From NCBI GenBank assembly GCA_947176505.1, contig CAMWQW010000006.1, forward strand, positions 1-64,000: a stretch of DNA of 64,000 nt, read 5' to 3'. Below are positions 9,489-18,505 of this stretch, one piece after another. Every line of letters begins with the position of its first letter. The first letter of the stretch is position 1. The notes under the pieces are model-generated. The model did not search any database and had not been told where the DNA came from. It saw nothing but the letters and a program-made list of their open reading frames with translations. The position numbers and the translations under genes were made by a program. The DNA comes from an uncultured Lachnospiraceae bacterium. Its GTDB lineage: Bacteria > Bacillota > Clostridia > Lachnospirales > Lachnospiraceae.

Positions 9489-10271
9489 TTATTTTCCGCC
9501 CGCTTCTGTCAGAATACCGATATAATTACCTAATTTTACCTTCATCTTCTGAAGCGCTCTTGTGTGCAGCTGCGATATTCTGGACTCCGATACTTCCAGA
9601 ATACTACTGATTTCCTTTAATGTAAGTTCTTCATAATAATACAAAAGAATGACTTTGCGTTCTTTCTCAGTCAAAAGTTCCAACGCTTCTGCCAACATTT
9701 TTTTGAGTTCATCCCGCTCCAGAACCTCTTCCGGACTATCGAATTGTGTACTTCTCGTATGGCTCGCTTCGTTGGGTACTTCACTCCCCTGCTCCAAAAA
9801 CTCATTCAAAGACACTACATTTGTAATTTTCATTTGTGACTGCCAATCCAGATATTCGTCACCCGTAATCCCAAGTCCTTCAGCTATCTCCTCATCTGTG
9901 GCAGGTCTTCCGTAGCGTACTTCCATTTCTTTAATGACAGCATCAATCTTCTTCTGCTTCTGTCTAATCGTACGCGGAATCCAATCCATTTTACGAATCT
10001 GGTCCAAAATCGATCCTCTGATTCGCAGGCTGGCATATGTCTCAAATTTTACATCTTTGAGAAAATCAAACTTATCAATCGCATCTATCAGACCAAATAT
10101 ACCGTAACTGACTAAATCTTCATACTCTACATTATAACCCAGATACATACTCAGCCGCCCTGCTACGACCTTTACAAGCGGAGCATACTCTAATATGATT
10201 TTTTCTCTGATCTCAGGAGATTTATCTTTTGAATACTCCTCCCACAACTTCTTTCTGCCTGCCTCGTCCAT
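9489..10271 (-). CDS. sigD: flagellar sigma factor sigma-28 (FliA/SigD)
   Basis: 260 aa. Region 2 (YAPLVKVVAGRL...DLVSYGIFGLIDAIDKFD) and region 4 (LKEISSILEVSESRISQLHTRALQKMK), last gene after cheD as in B. subtilis. Confidence 0.9.
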   Translation of the reverse strand: MDEAGRKKLWEEYSKDKSPEIREKIILEYAPLVKVVAGRLSMYLGYNVEYEDLVSYGIFGLIDAIDKFDFLKDVKFETYASLRIRGSILDQIRKMDWIPRTIRQKQKKIDAVIKEMEVRYGRPATDEEIAEGLGITGDEYLDWQSQMKITNVVSLNEFLEQGSEVPNEASHTRSTQFDSPEEVLERDELKKMLAEALELLTEKERKVILLYYYEELTLKEISSILEVSESRISQLHTRALQKMKVKLGNYIGILTEAGGK

Positions 10272-10279
10272 ATGCGTTC

Positions 10280-10720
10280 TTATTCATCCTTTACATTCGC
10301 TTCCGAATTTCTATTCATTTTATCTTCTTCTGCGAGTTCCTTCTCGATGACTTCGCCCTCTTCCATGTCGGCTTCTTCTATCTGCTTCTCAAATCTGTCC
10401 AGCATCCCTTTAATCACACAACCGGCTATATAAAAACCAAGCAGAACACCTAATAAAATAATCAGCATCGTCTTTGTATCATAATGCAGCATACGCATAG
10501 TGATACTGGTAATCGCCCCTGCAAGCAACATAACAAACGGAGGAATCAATCTGCGCTTCTTCGCTCTAAACTCACGTTCCCTTGCTTCCCGTTCTTCTCT
10601 TGCTTTCTTCTCTCTCGGAGTTTCTACATCAGGCTGATTATCATTATCAATAGCATTCTCTTCATTGACACCGTCTACCTTGGTATCTTCTTCATTGATG
10701 TTTACAGCTTCGTTATCCAA
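10280..10720 (-). CDS. hypothetical membrane protein with charged termini
   Basis: 146 aa with a TTG start as listed and GGTGGAAGG 8 nt upstream. One or two TM segments (LIPPFVMLLAGAITSI, LIILLGVLLGFYIAGCVI). Lies between cheD and sigD. Confidence 0.4.
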   Translation of the reverse strand: MDNEAVNINEEDTKVDGVNEENAIDNDNQPDVETPREKKAREEREAREREFRAKKRRLIPPFVMLLAGAITSITMRMLHYDTKTMLIILLGVLLGFYIAGCVIKGMLDRFEKQIEEADMEEGEVIEKELAEEDKMNRNSEANVKDE

Positions 10721-10752
10721 TTTACATTCCTTCCACCGTATCTATCTACCTA

Positions 10753-11247
10753 TTAAATCACGCTCTCCGGTTTACCTACCGCACGGATTACAAAATCCCC
10801 GGTCTCCGGGTAGAAAATAACGGTTCTTCCATAATTCTTACCTGTATCCTGCGCTATGATAGGTATCTTAAGCTCTGCGAGCTTCTTTTTGGTGGCTGCT
10901 ACGTTACGCTCTCCCACACGAACCATATCATTCGTGCTCTGAAATGCAAACATCTGCGCACCGCCTGCTATCTTAGCAACCAGACGTCCCCTGTTAGCTC
11001 CCCTTGCAACTACCTGCTTTATTAATTCCTCTATTCCCGTATCTGCAAATTTAGGAATATTTGAATTAATACGAATGGAAGTACTGTCCGGAAGCATAAT
11101 ATGTGCCAATCCGCCAATCTTAGTTACCGGATCACGAACGGCAATTCCAACGCATGAGCCAAGCCCTAATGTAGTAATACTATCAGGACTGACGCACACG
11201 TTCAAATCGGCCATACCGACCTTTATCACTTTGCCCATAAATGACAT
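10753..11247 (-). CDS. cheD: chemoreceptor glutamine deamidase CheD
   Basis: 164 aa; GLGSCVGIAVRDPVTKIGGLAHIMLP carries the CheD catalytic Cys/His region. Confidence 0.9.
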   Translation of the reverse strand: MSFMGKVIKVGMADLNVCVSPDSITTLGLGSCVGIAVRDPVTKIGGLAHIMLPDSTSIRINSNIPKFADTGIEELIKQVVARGANRGRLVAKIAGGAQMFAFQSTNDMVRVGERNVAATKKKLAELKIPIIAQDTGKNYGRTVIFYPETGDFVIRAVGKPESVI

Positions 11248-11290
11248 CTCCTGTCTACACTTATCAATTCACACTTCTCACTTTATTATC

Positions 11291-11905
11291 CTAACCAATT
11301 CCTAATGCGGATAATATCTTGCCGTATGAGTCCAAATCCGGAACTAAGATGAAATATCCATCCAAAGTCATTTCATCAAAGAACTGTGTCTGTATCAACA
11401 GCATCTTGTCTCCAAGTTCCCCAAACTGAATTGCCGGAACACTTAAGATTGCTCCTGCCATATCTACTGTCAAATCGGGAACCGACGGGTAAATTACCAG
11501 ATTAGTCAAACTAGACAGCGAATTTAGATAAGCGCCCGTGATAATATTTCCCACTTCTTTCAGCGCTGAAAACTCCATCTCAGAAAATTCTTCTCCCTCA
11601 GCCTGCATTCCCATCAACTTATTCACAAGATGTCTGGCTGCCTGTTTCTCCAAGAGAAACATGATACTGCCCGTGATATCTCCTTCTATAGCGAGATAAA
11701 TGCCCGCCATAATTGTCTCTTCGCCGCCCATCATTTCGCCCATTTCCTTAAACTCAAGCAATCTGACCTGCGGCACAGACATATCTACTTTGCACTGCAT
11801 CATCTGCGCCAGTGCAGTAGTCGCATTACCGGCTCCGATATTTCCTAATTCTTTTAAAACGTCAAAGTACTCATTTGACATTTTCTCTAAGGTAATCTCG
11901 CTCAC
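11291..11905 (-). CDS. cheC: CheY-P phosphatase CheC
   Basis: 204 aa; duplicated CheC motifs (DVLKELGNIGAGNATTAL and LKEVGNIITGAYLNSL); GTG start with TAGGAGG RBS. Confidence 0.85.
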   Translation of the reverse strand: MSEITLEKMSNEYFDVLKELGNIGAGNATTALAQMMQCKVDMSVPQVRLLEFKEMGEMMGGEETIMAGIYLAIEGDITGSIMFLLEKQAARHLVNKLMGMQAEGEEFSEMEFSALKEVGNIITGAYLNSLSSLTNLVIYPSVPDLTVDMAGAILSVPAIQFGELGDKMLLIQTQFFDEMTLDGYFILVPDLDSYGKILSALGIG

Positions 11906-11916
11906 TCTGAAACCTC

Positions 11917-12366
11917 CTAAACGTTTTCAACCACGGAATTCAGATCTAACAGAGAAATCAGCCCACCATCACATTTACCGATTCCGCACAGAAAACTTCT
12001 CATCTCTTCCTTGGCATCATACGCCATTTTTTCAATCTGATCATTTTCCAAAGTAACTACTTCTTTTACTTCATCCACAATCACACCGATGGTACTATGC
12101 TGCTCTAACTTCAATATAATAATTCTTGTAGATTTCGTCTCCACATCCGGATCCAACCCCATTTTGATGCGGATACTCATAACAGGGATAACCTCGCCAC
12201 GCAGATTAATAACGCCTTTTAAGTAAGCATCTACCTTCGGCACTCGTGTAATATGCTGCATTCTTACGATATTGTCAATATATTTGATATCTATTCCGTA
12301 CTGTTCATCACCAAGTTTGATCACAATGAACTGCGTTGTTTCTCCAACTACTTTCAATTCTTCCAT
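11917..12366 (-). CDS. cheW: chemotaxis coupling protein CheW
   Basis: MEELKVVGETTQFIVIKLGDEQYGIDIKYIDNIVRM. Start moved from the track's upstream start (12465) to the ATG after GGAGGGAGGAA. Confidence 0.9.
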   Translation of the reverse strand: MEELKVVGETTQFIVIKLGDEQYGIDIKYIDNIVRMQHITRVPKVDAYLKGVINLRGEVIPVMSIRIKMGLDPDVETKSTRIIILKLEQHSTIGVIVDEVKEVVTLENDQIEKMAYDAKEEMRSFLCGIGKCDGGLISLLDLNSVVENV

Positions 12367-12386
12367 GTCACTGTTCCTCCCTCTGC

Positions 12387-14513
12387 TTAAATCAATGTAT
12401 TGGCATCCAGAATCAGAGCTACCTCGCCGTCGCCAAGGACAGTTGCACCGCTGATGATCTTGCACTTGTTGATGTACTTGCCTAATGACTTAATAACAAT
12501 TTCCTGCTGTCCGATCAGTTCATCAACGACCAAACCAGCCATTTTATCACCCTTCTTGACAACAACAACTACCAGATTTTCATTAGGGTCTTTCTTACTC
12601 TCGATATCCAAAATTCTGTTCAGACGCACGAGCGGAATAACAATGTCACGAATCTGAATGACTTCTTTTGCCTCTACCAGCTTTACATCGTTAGGTGAAA
12701 TATCCTCAATTGTCTGGATAGAGCCGAGGGAAATCGCATATTTCTCATTACCGATATCTACCATAAGAGCCTGAATAATCGCCAGTGTCAGAGGGAGCCT
12801 TATAATCCATGAGCTTCCTTCTCCGAGCTTGGTCTTAACTTCCACTTCACCGCTCAAAGCCTCAATCTTAGATTTTACGACATCAAGCCCAACGCCTCTT
12901 CCGGATACGTCGGATACCACCTTAGCCGTAGAGAAACCTGCGTGGAACAACAAATCAACGCTGTCCTTCTCACTCATATTCTCTGCCTGTTCAGGTGTGA
13001 TGATTCCCTTCTCAATCGCCTTATTTCTAACGGCTTCCGTATCAATACCGTTACCGTCATCCCTTACTTCAATAACTACGTTATTACCGTCCTGATATGC
13101 CTCTAAGAAGATGGAACCTACTTCCGGCTTTCCTCTCTCCCTACGAACTTCTGCCGATTCCAGACCATGATCTGCAGAGTTACGAAGCAGATGCATCAAA
13201 GGATCGCCAATCTCGTCTACCACAGTACGGTCAAGTTCTGTCTCTTCACCGGACATGTACAATTCCATTTTCTTGCCCAGAGTCTTCTGCAAGTCACGAA
13301 CCATACGAGGGAATTTACTCACGGTACTCTCAATAGGCACCATTCGAACCTTCATAACCGACTCATGCAGGGAGGTCGTCGTACTCTCCAGATATTCAAT
13401 CTGCTCATTAACTGCAGCGCTTGACGTACCGGATGCTGCCGATGCCGACACAAGAGAGTTCTTTGCGATAATCAATTCACTTACAAGATTCATCAGCGTA
13501 TCTAACTTCTCAATATCAACTCTGACAGTCCTGTTCACTACCGGCTTATTTGCAGCAGGTTTTTTCTCTTCGGCTTTCTTTTTGCTCTTATTCGTAGTCT
13601 TTGCGACAGCCGTTGCAGGCGCGGGTGTAGTTACCGCAGGTGCTTCGGCAGGTTTTGTCTCTTGCTCCACCTTAGCCGGCTGCTCTTTAACAGCCTCATG
13701 TACCGGTGCCGGTGCGTGGTTAGGATCCACTACGTCACCGATTACATCTTCTATCTCAGACACGCTCTTAGCTGCTGTAAGTACCTGTTCCAAAGTAGCA
13801 TCGGATACGATAATGAGGCTGAAATCCAACTCAAACTTCTCGTCTTCGATATCTTGTGCCGAGGGATTCGACATGATAATCTCACCATTCTCTTCGACCG
13901 CTTTAAATACCAGAAAAGCTCTTGCCGCTTTCAAGATACACGAATCCTGTACCTTAACAGTCAGACCATACACGTTCTTTCCTTGTTTCACAGCCTCTTT
14001 CAGCACGTTCTGCTCGCTGTCGCCAAGTTTGATTTCCAGCCACTTCTTATCACCGGCATCCGTTTCTGTCGAAGCAGATGCTGCTTCTTCCTCTGCTGTC
14101 TCCTCAGAATCTTCATCACCGTCATCCGAGTCACCATTCAATATAATATTCAATTCTTTTATCAAGGGCTCATTGTCATTGGTGCCTTCATCAGCATTCT
14201 CGCGTATATTCGTGGTATACTCCTCCAAGGCATCAAGACACTGAAACAACACGTCAATCATACTGGCTTTGACAGTAATATTACCGTTACGAACTTCGGA
14301 AAATACATTCTCCATGTCATGAGTCAGATTCTGCATTCTCTTATAACCCATGGTACCTGCCATACCTTTCAGCGAATGCGCCGCACGGAAAATCTCATTG
14401 ATCGTATCCATATTATCCGGTTCCTGCTCCAATGAGAGAATCTGTGTGTTCAGGTTCTGCAAATGTTCATTTGTTTCATCAAGGAAAATTTCGAGATACT
14501 GACTTACGTCCAT
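12387..14513 (-). CDS. cheA: chemotaxis histidine kinase CheA
   Basis: 708 aa. P1 HPt (AAHSLKGMAGTMGY), P2, dimerisation, HATPase (G-boxes) and a C-terminal CheW-like domain. Confidence 0.95.
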   Translation of the reverse strand: MDVSQYLEIFLDETNEHLQNLNTQILSLEQEPDNMDTINEIFRAAHSLKGMAGTMGYKRMQNLTHDMENVFSEVRNGNITVKASMIDVLFQCLDALEEYTTNIRENADEGTNDNEPLIKELNIILNGDSDDGDEDSEETAEEEAASASTETDAGDKKWLEIKLGDSEQNVLKEAVKQGKNVYGLTVKVQDSCILKAARAFLVFKAVEENGEIIMSNPSAQDIEDEKFELDFSLIIVSDATLEQVLTAAKSVSEIEDVIGDVVDPNHAPAPVHEAVKEQPAKVEQETKPAEAPAVTTPAPATAVAKTTNKSKKKAEEKKPAANKPVVNRTVRVDIEKLDTLMNLVSELIIAKNSLVSASAASGTSSAAVNEQIEYLESTTTSLHESVMKVRMVPIESTVSKFPRMVRDLQKTLGKKMELYMSGEETELDRTVVDEIGDPLMHLLRNSADHGLESAEVRRERGKPEVGSIFLEAYQDGNNVVIEVRDDGNGIDTEAVRNKAIEKGIITPEQAENMSEKDSVDLLFHAGFSTAKVVSDVSGRGVGLDVVKSKIEALSGEVEVKTKLGEGSSWIIRLPLTLAIIQALMVDIGNEKYAISLGSIQTIEDISPNDVKLVEAKEVIQIRDIVIPLVRLNRILDIESKKDPNENLVVVVVKKGDKMAGLVVDELIGQQEIVIKSLGKYINKCKIISGATVLGDGEVALILDANTLI

Positions 14514-14514
14514 A

Positions 14515-15585
14515 CTATTTTACCCCCACGTTCATTATTATTTCCTGTGCAATCTGGTCAAGCGGTACAATCTGGTCACTCAAGCCTGCTGTCACAACAC
14601 TTTTCGGCATACCGTATACCGCACATGTACTTGCCTCTTGGGCTATTACATGAATCTTTTTCTTTGTCTTAAGCCGCTTGATTCCTTCTGTACCATCAGC
14701 GCCCATACCGGTCATAACAACGCATACAATCTGATCATACCGGCTGTCTTGTAATGATTCGTACATATAATTGGCACACGGCTTAACGCCTTCCCTGTTC
14801 GGCTGGTCTGTGTAGTGAATCGTATATTTACCCATTGATGACTGTACATTCAAATGCTTGCCACCCATTGCAATATATACGGTTCCAGCCTCCAGCGTAT
14901 CTCCCTCCGCCGCTTCTTTCACATGAATCGCGCTCAGAGAATCCAGCCGCTCCGCCAAAGATGCGGTAAAACCGGCAGGCATATGCTGTACAATTACTAC
15001 CGGCGCCTTCAGATTCTTAGGTAGTCTCGGAATCACAGACTGTAATGCTTTCGGACCACCGGTAGAACTTGCCAAAGCCACAACTTTATTGCCGCTCACT
15101 GAAGCAGCATGTTTACTGACTAATTCTACCACTTTCTTAGAAGTCTTCGCTTCCTCCATAGAGAATGCCTTGCTAACTACCGGCGCCTTGGAGTCTGCTA
15201 CCACTGCCAGAATACTAAGCAGCTTATCTTTAAACACATCATTCCTACAGTCCATAGCATTGTTTGGTTTGTGAACAAAGTCCAACGCTCCCAGCTCCAA
15301 TGCATCCAAAGTTGTCTTGGCGCCTTCCCTCGTATCGGTACTTGCCATCATGACTTTCGCCTGAATCTTACGCTTATTCAATTCTTTCAACAGCTCTAAG
15401 CCATTCATCTGCGGCATGTTGACGTCCAGCACAACCGCATCATATGTTTTCCGGCTTAAAAGATCTAACGCTTCCAGACCGTTGACAGCCCGATCCTGTA
15501 CTTCAAATCGGCTGTCGCTGTTAATTATATCACATAGTACCCTTCTCATGAGTGCAGAGTCGTCAACAACTAATATTTTTTTCAT
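14515..15585 (-). CDS. cheB: chemotaxis methylesterase CheB (REC + methylesterase)
   Basis: MKKILVVDDSALMRR... and a C-terminal esterase (GMGADGTEG). Start moved 1 codon from the track's GTG to the ATG with AAGGAGG RBS. Confidence 0.9.
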   Translation of the reverse strand: MKKILVVDDSALMRRVLCDIINSDSRFEVQDRAVNGLEALDLLSRKTYDAVVLDVNMPQMNGLELLKELNKRKIQAKVMMASTDTREGAKTTLDALELGALDFVHKPNNAMDCRNDVFKDKLLSILAVVADSKAPVVSKAFSMEEAKTSKKVVELVSKHAASVSGNKVVALASSTGGPKALQSVIPRLPKNLKAPVVIVQHMPAGFTASLAERLDSLSAIHVKEAAEGDTLEAGTVYIAMGGKHLNVQSSMGKYTIHYTDQPNREGVKPCANYMYESLQDSRYDQIVCVVMTGMGADGTEGIKRLKTKKKIHVIAQEASTCAVYGMPKSVVTAGLSDQIVPLDQIAQEIIMNVGVK

Positions 15586-15607
15586 CACTTACGCCTCCTT
15601 GCTTATA

Positions 15608-16348
15608 TTAGTCACCTTTCTGATTCTTTAATGTCTTGCGCTCCTCATCAAAGATATACTTAATAATCTCTTCTCTCTCTGTTGCATCTACATTTACATA
15701 TTGAACACGGTGCTCAAATACTCCTTTACGGTTTTCCAGCTCCCTAACGCTCAATACTTTTCCGACAAGGTTATATTCCTTGTTCTCTCCGTTGATCATC
15801 AGATGATACTTGCACAGAATCAAACTCTGAATTTCGTATGCATAATTTGCTACGAATCTGAGTCCTCCGCCGCTGATGTCTACAATAACACTGCTCTTAA
15901 GCGGCAGTTGAGGAATCAACAGCTCATCTCGTTTTCCCGCCATTGCCACTTCCTCTTTCTCCAGCGCTCTGGAATTCATCTCCAATGCGCAGCTGAAGCG
16001 ATAATATTCTCTACGCTGATGTTTGCGCAGATTACTGATCAAATCAAGCACCAATACATACATGCTGTTATTTTTATATCGGTCTACCACTCTCGCATAG
16101 CACTGATACAAACCATTATCGGAATAAAAATACAAATCGTATTCTCCGTCCACTGGTAATAAAATTAATTTTGCTTTTTCCATAGGCATGGATATTTCTA
16201 TCCGATCCTCCGAAAGAACATCTATCACCTGACTTTGATAGCTTTTGCGCTCTTCGTTAACCGGTCTGGGATTTTCCTTGAAGCGGTCTATTGCCTGTAA
16301 ATCTACACGGCATCCCGGAACCACATATTTAGACAAAAGATTTGGCAT
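15608..16348 (-). CDS. PilZ-domain flagellar brake-like protein (YcgR/MotI-like)
   Basis: 246 aa; C-terminal PilZ signature (QRREYYR ... DISGGGLRF); sits between flhG and cheB. Confidence 0.65.
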   Translation of the reverse strand: MPNLLSKYVVPGCRVDLQAIDRFKENPRPVNEERKSYQSQVIDVLSEDRIEISMPMEKAKLILLPVDGEYDLYFYSDNGLYQCYARVVDRYKNNSMYVLVLDLISNLRKHQRREYYRFSCALEMNSRALEKEEVAMAGKRDELLIPQLPLKSSVIVDISGGGLRFVANYAYEIQSLILCKYHLMINGENKEYNLVGKVLSVRELENRKGVFEHRVQYVNVDATEREEIIKYIFDEERKTLKNQKGD

Positions 16349-16387
16349 AACTTTTTCCTCCTGCCTCCGTTTTCTGATATAGTTTCC

Positions 16388-17263
16388 TTATTTTTTAGAT
16401 ATGATATGAGAGAAAAATGCTGCCATACCACGCTTTGTTAAATTCTTATTTAATTCTTTGTTCATTAGTTTAGCCGCAATTTCTTCATATGCAAGCGCCG
16501 ATCTTGCGCGGGGATTATCCAGCGATACCGGCATTTGCTGCATCACTGCTTTTGCAAGTTGATTGTCATGTGGTATCATCCCTAAGTAAGTAATCGGAAC
16601 TTTTAAATAACACTCGACTACTGCTTCCAGTTTGGCATAAAGCCCTTCCGCCTCCGCCTCGCCAAACACTTTATTGGCAATCACTTTGACCTGTGAAGTT
16701 TCACTGGAATATCTTGGATGTCTGTTCAACGCCTTAAGCAGGGAGTAGGAATCCGTAATAGAAGTGGGTTCCGGAGTAGTAACCAGCAGAATTTCTCCGC
16801 TCGCCACCAGAAACTCAAGCACAGCATCGGAAATACCAGCCCCCGTATCTACAATAATCGTATCTGCCATCTCGTCAAGTTCAACCAAATTGCGGATAAT
16901 ATAATTCAGGTAATCTATACTCAGATTAGACATACCCGCAATGCCCGATCCTCCGGAAATAAAACCGACCTCCATCGGTCCCCATGTAATGATATCTCGA
17001 ATGCTCTTACCCTGATAAATTAAATCACACAAGTTATGTTTGGGTACTGTGCCAAACATAATCTCTATATTTGCCAATCCGAAATCGGCATCCAGTATAA
17101 TCACCTGCTGCCCCATCTTACGGAATTGTATTGCCAGATTTATGGCTGTATTAGATTTACCCACACCACCTTTACCGCTCGTAACGGTAATCACTCTTGC
17201 TAATGGGCGCTGTGGCTGACTGCTTGCTTTTATAATATTTCTTAATTGTTCAGCCTGATCCAT
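16388..17263 (-). CDS. flhG: MinD-like ATPase FlhG (YlxH)
   Basis: 291 aa; deviant Walker A VTSGKGGVGKSNTAINLA; lies directly after flhF. Confidence 0.85.
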   Translation of the reverse strand: MDQAEQLRNIIKASSQPQRPLARVITVTSGKGGVGKSNTAINLAIQFRKMGQQVIILDADFGLANIEIMFGTVPKHNLCDLIYQGKSIRDIITWGPMEVGFISGGSGIAGMSNLSIDYLNYIIRNLVELDEMADTIIVDTGAGISDAVLEFLVASGEILLVTTPEPTSITDSYSLLKALNRHPRYSSETSQVKVIANKVFGEAEAEGLYAKLEAVVECYLKVPITYLGMIPHDNQLAKAVMQQMPVSLDNPRARSALAYEEIAAKLMNKELNKNLTKRGMAAFFSHIISKK

Positions 17264-17275
17264 TAGCCTTCCTCC

Positions 17276-18505
17276 TTAGTTTTTTCCTCCCAGCAACTGT
17301 TTGACGGTGCTCTGGGGGTTAAACTCTTCAATATCGTCAGGAACATTCTGCCCATACGTTACATAGGACATATCTGCGTTCGTATACAGCCTTAAGTTTA
17401 ACAAATTCCCCAGTGTAGTAGTCTCATCAAGTTTCGTAAAAATCAATTTGTAATCTGTCATTTCTTTATAAGAATCGGCTATGCTGATTAAATCGCGATA
17501 TTTTGTCGTTGCGCTTAAAACGAGATAAACTTCTTTCTCCACCTTGTCATCCACAGAATGTATCAGATTGCTCATACTCTCCTTCTGCGTCATATTCTGA
17601 TGGGAATGTCCCGCCGTATCAATCAGGATATAATCATAACCTTTGAAATCTTCCATGGCTTTCTCAATCTCTTCCACGGTATATATAATCCTGAATGGCA
17701 CTTCAAGAATATTCGCATACGTACGAAGCTGCTCTGCGGCAGCGATACGGTATGTATCCGCAGTAAGAAGTGCAACTTTCTTCTTTTGGTCCACACAGAA
17801 AATCGACGCAATCTTCGCAATTGTAGTCGTTTTTCCTACGCCTGTAGGACCAATAAAAAACACCATTTTAATTCCGTTTTCTGCCGGTGTAATACTGGTC
17901 GGCATACCGAACTTCAATATCATTTTCTGATAAATATTTGCCAGCGCATAATCAAACGGCATATTCGGTTTATTAATCTGCTCTATCTCCTCGATAATTT
18001 CTTTGGCATACTTTTCATCCACTTCGTTGTCGAGCATCGTATTATGAAGCAGCTTCATAAACTTGTCAATTTCTGTCTCTTCCTTCTTTTCTTTCTTTTC
18101 TTCTTTTTCTTCCTTTACTTCTTTATCCTCATCAGGTTTCTGAAGCTGCTGCTCCAACAATGACTGTAAACTGTCAAGCTTCTCTTCAATAGCGCTGTTC
18201 TCTTTGCTGGCGGGAGCTTCCGTCTTGACAGGTTCCGCCTCTGCCGGCTGTGTCTGCGCAGGTTGTGTCTCTTTTGTCTGACTGGAAGCTATGACGTTGT
18301 TGATTGCCGATACAGCCGCCGTGTATTTTTCACTCTCTTCCTCTAATGCAACTGTCACTTCAACCATAGGCGGTTTTAAAAAGGAAAAAAAGCCCTTATT
18401 TTTGACGTCTTTGACATTCATGACAACTACGCCTTCACCTAATTCACGCTTGGCATTATCCAGTGCTTCTTTTTCGGTTTTTGCAGTAAATTTCTTGATA
18501 ATCAT
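17276..18505 (-). CDS. flhF: SRP-type GTPase FlhF
   Basis: 409 aa; G-domain GPTGVGKTTTIAKIA, DTAG, TKLD; charged K/E-rich N-domain. Confidence 0.9.
   Translation of the reverse strand: MIIKKFTAKTEKEALDNAKRELGEGVVVMNVKDVKNKGFFSFLKPPMVEVTVALEEESEKYTAAVSAINNVIASSQTKETQPAQTQPAEAEPVKTEAPASKENSAIEEKLDSLQSLLEQQLQKPDEDKEVKEEKEEKKEKKEETEIDKFMKLLHNTMLDNEVDEKYAKEIIEEIEQINKPNMPFDYALANIYQKMILKFGMPTSITPAENGIKMVFFIGPTGVGKTTTIAKIASIFCVDQKKKVALLTADTYRIAAAEQLRTYANILEVPFRIIYTVEEIEKAMEDFKGYDYILIDTAGHSHQNMTQKESMSNLIHSVDDKVEKEVYLVLSATTKYRDLISIADSYKEMTDYKLIFTKLDETTTLGNLLNLRLYTNADMSYVTYGQNVPDDIEEFNPQSTVKQLLGGKN

Noticed and set aside
13255-14435. 329-aa and 257-aa plus-strand ORFs
   Set aside because: They lie antisense inside cheA, whose identity is unambiguous, with no RBS and biased composition.
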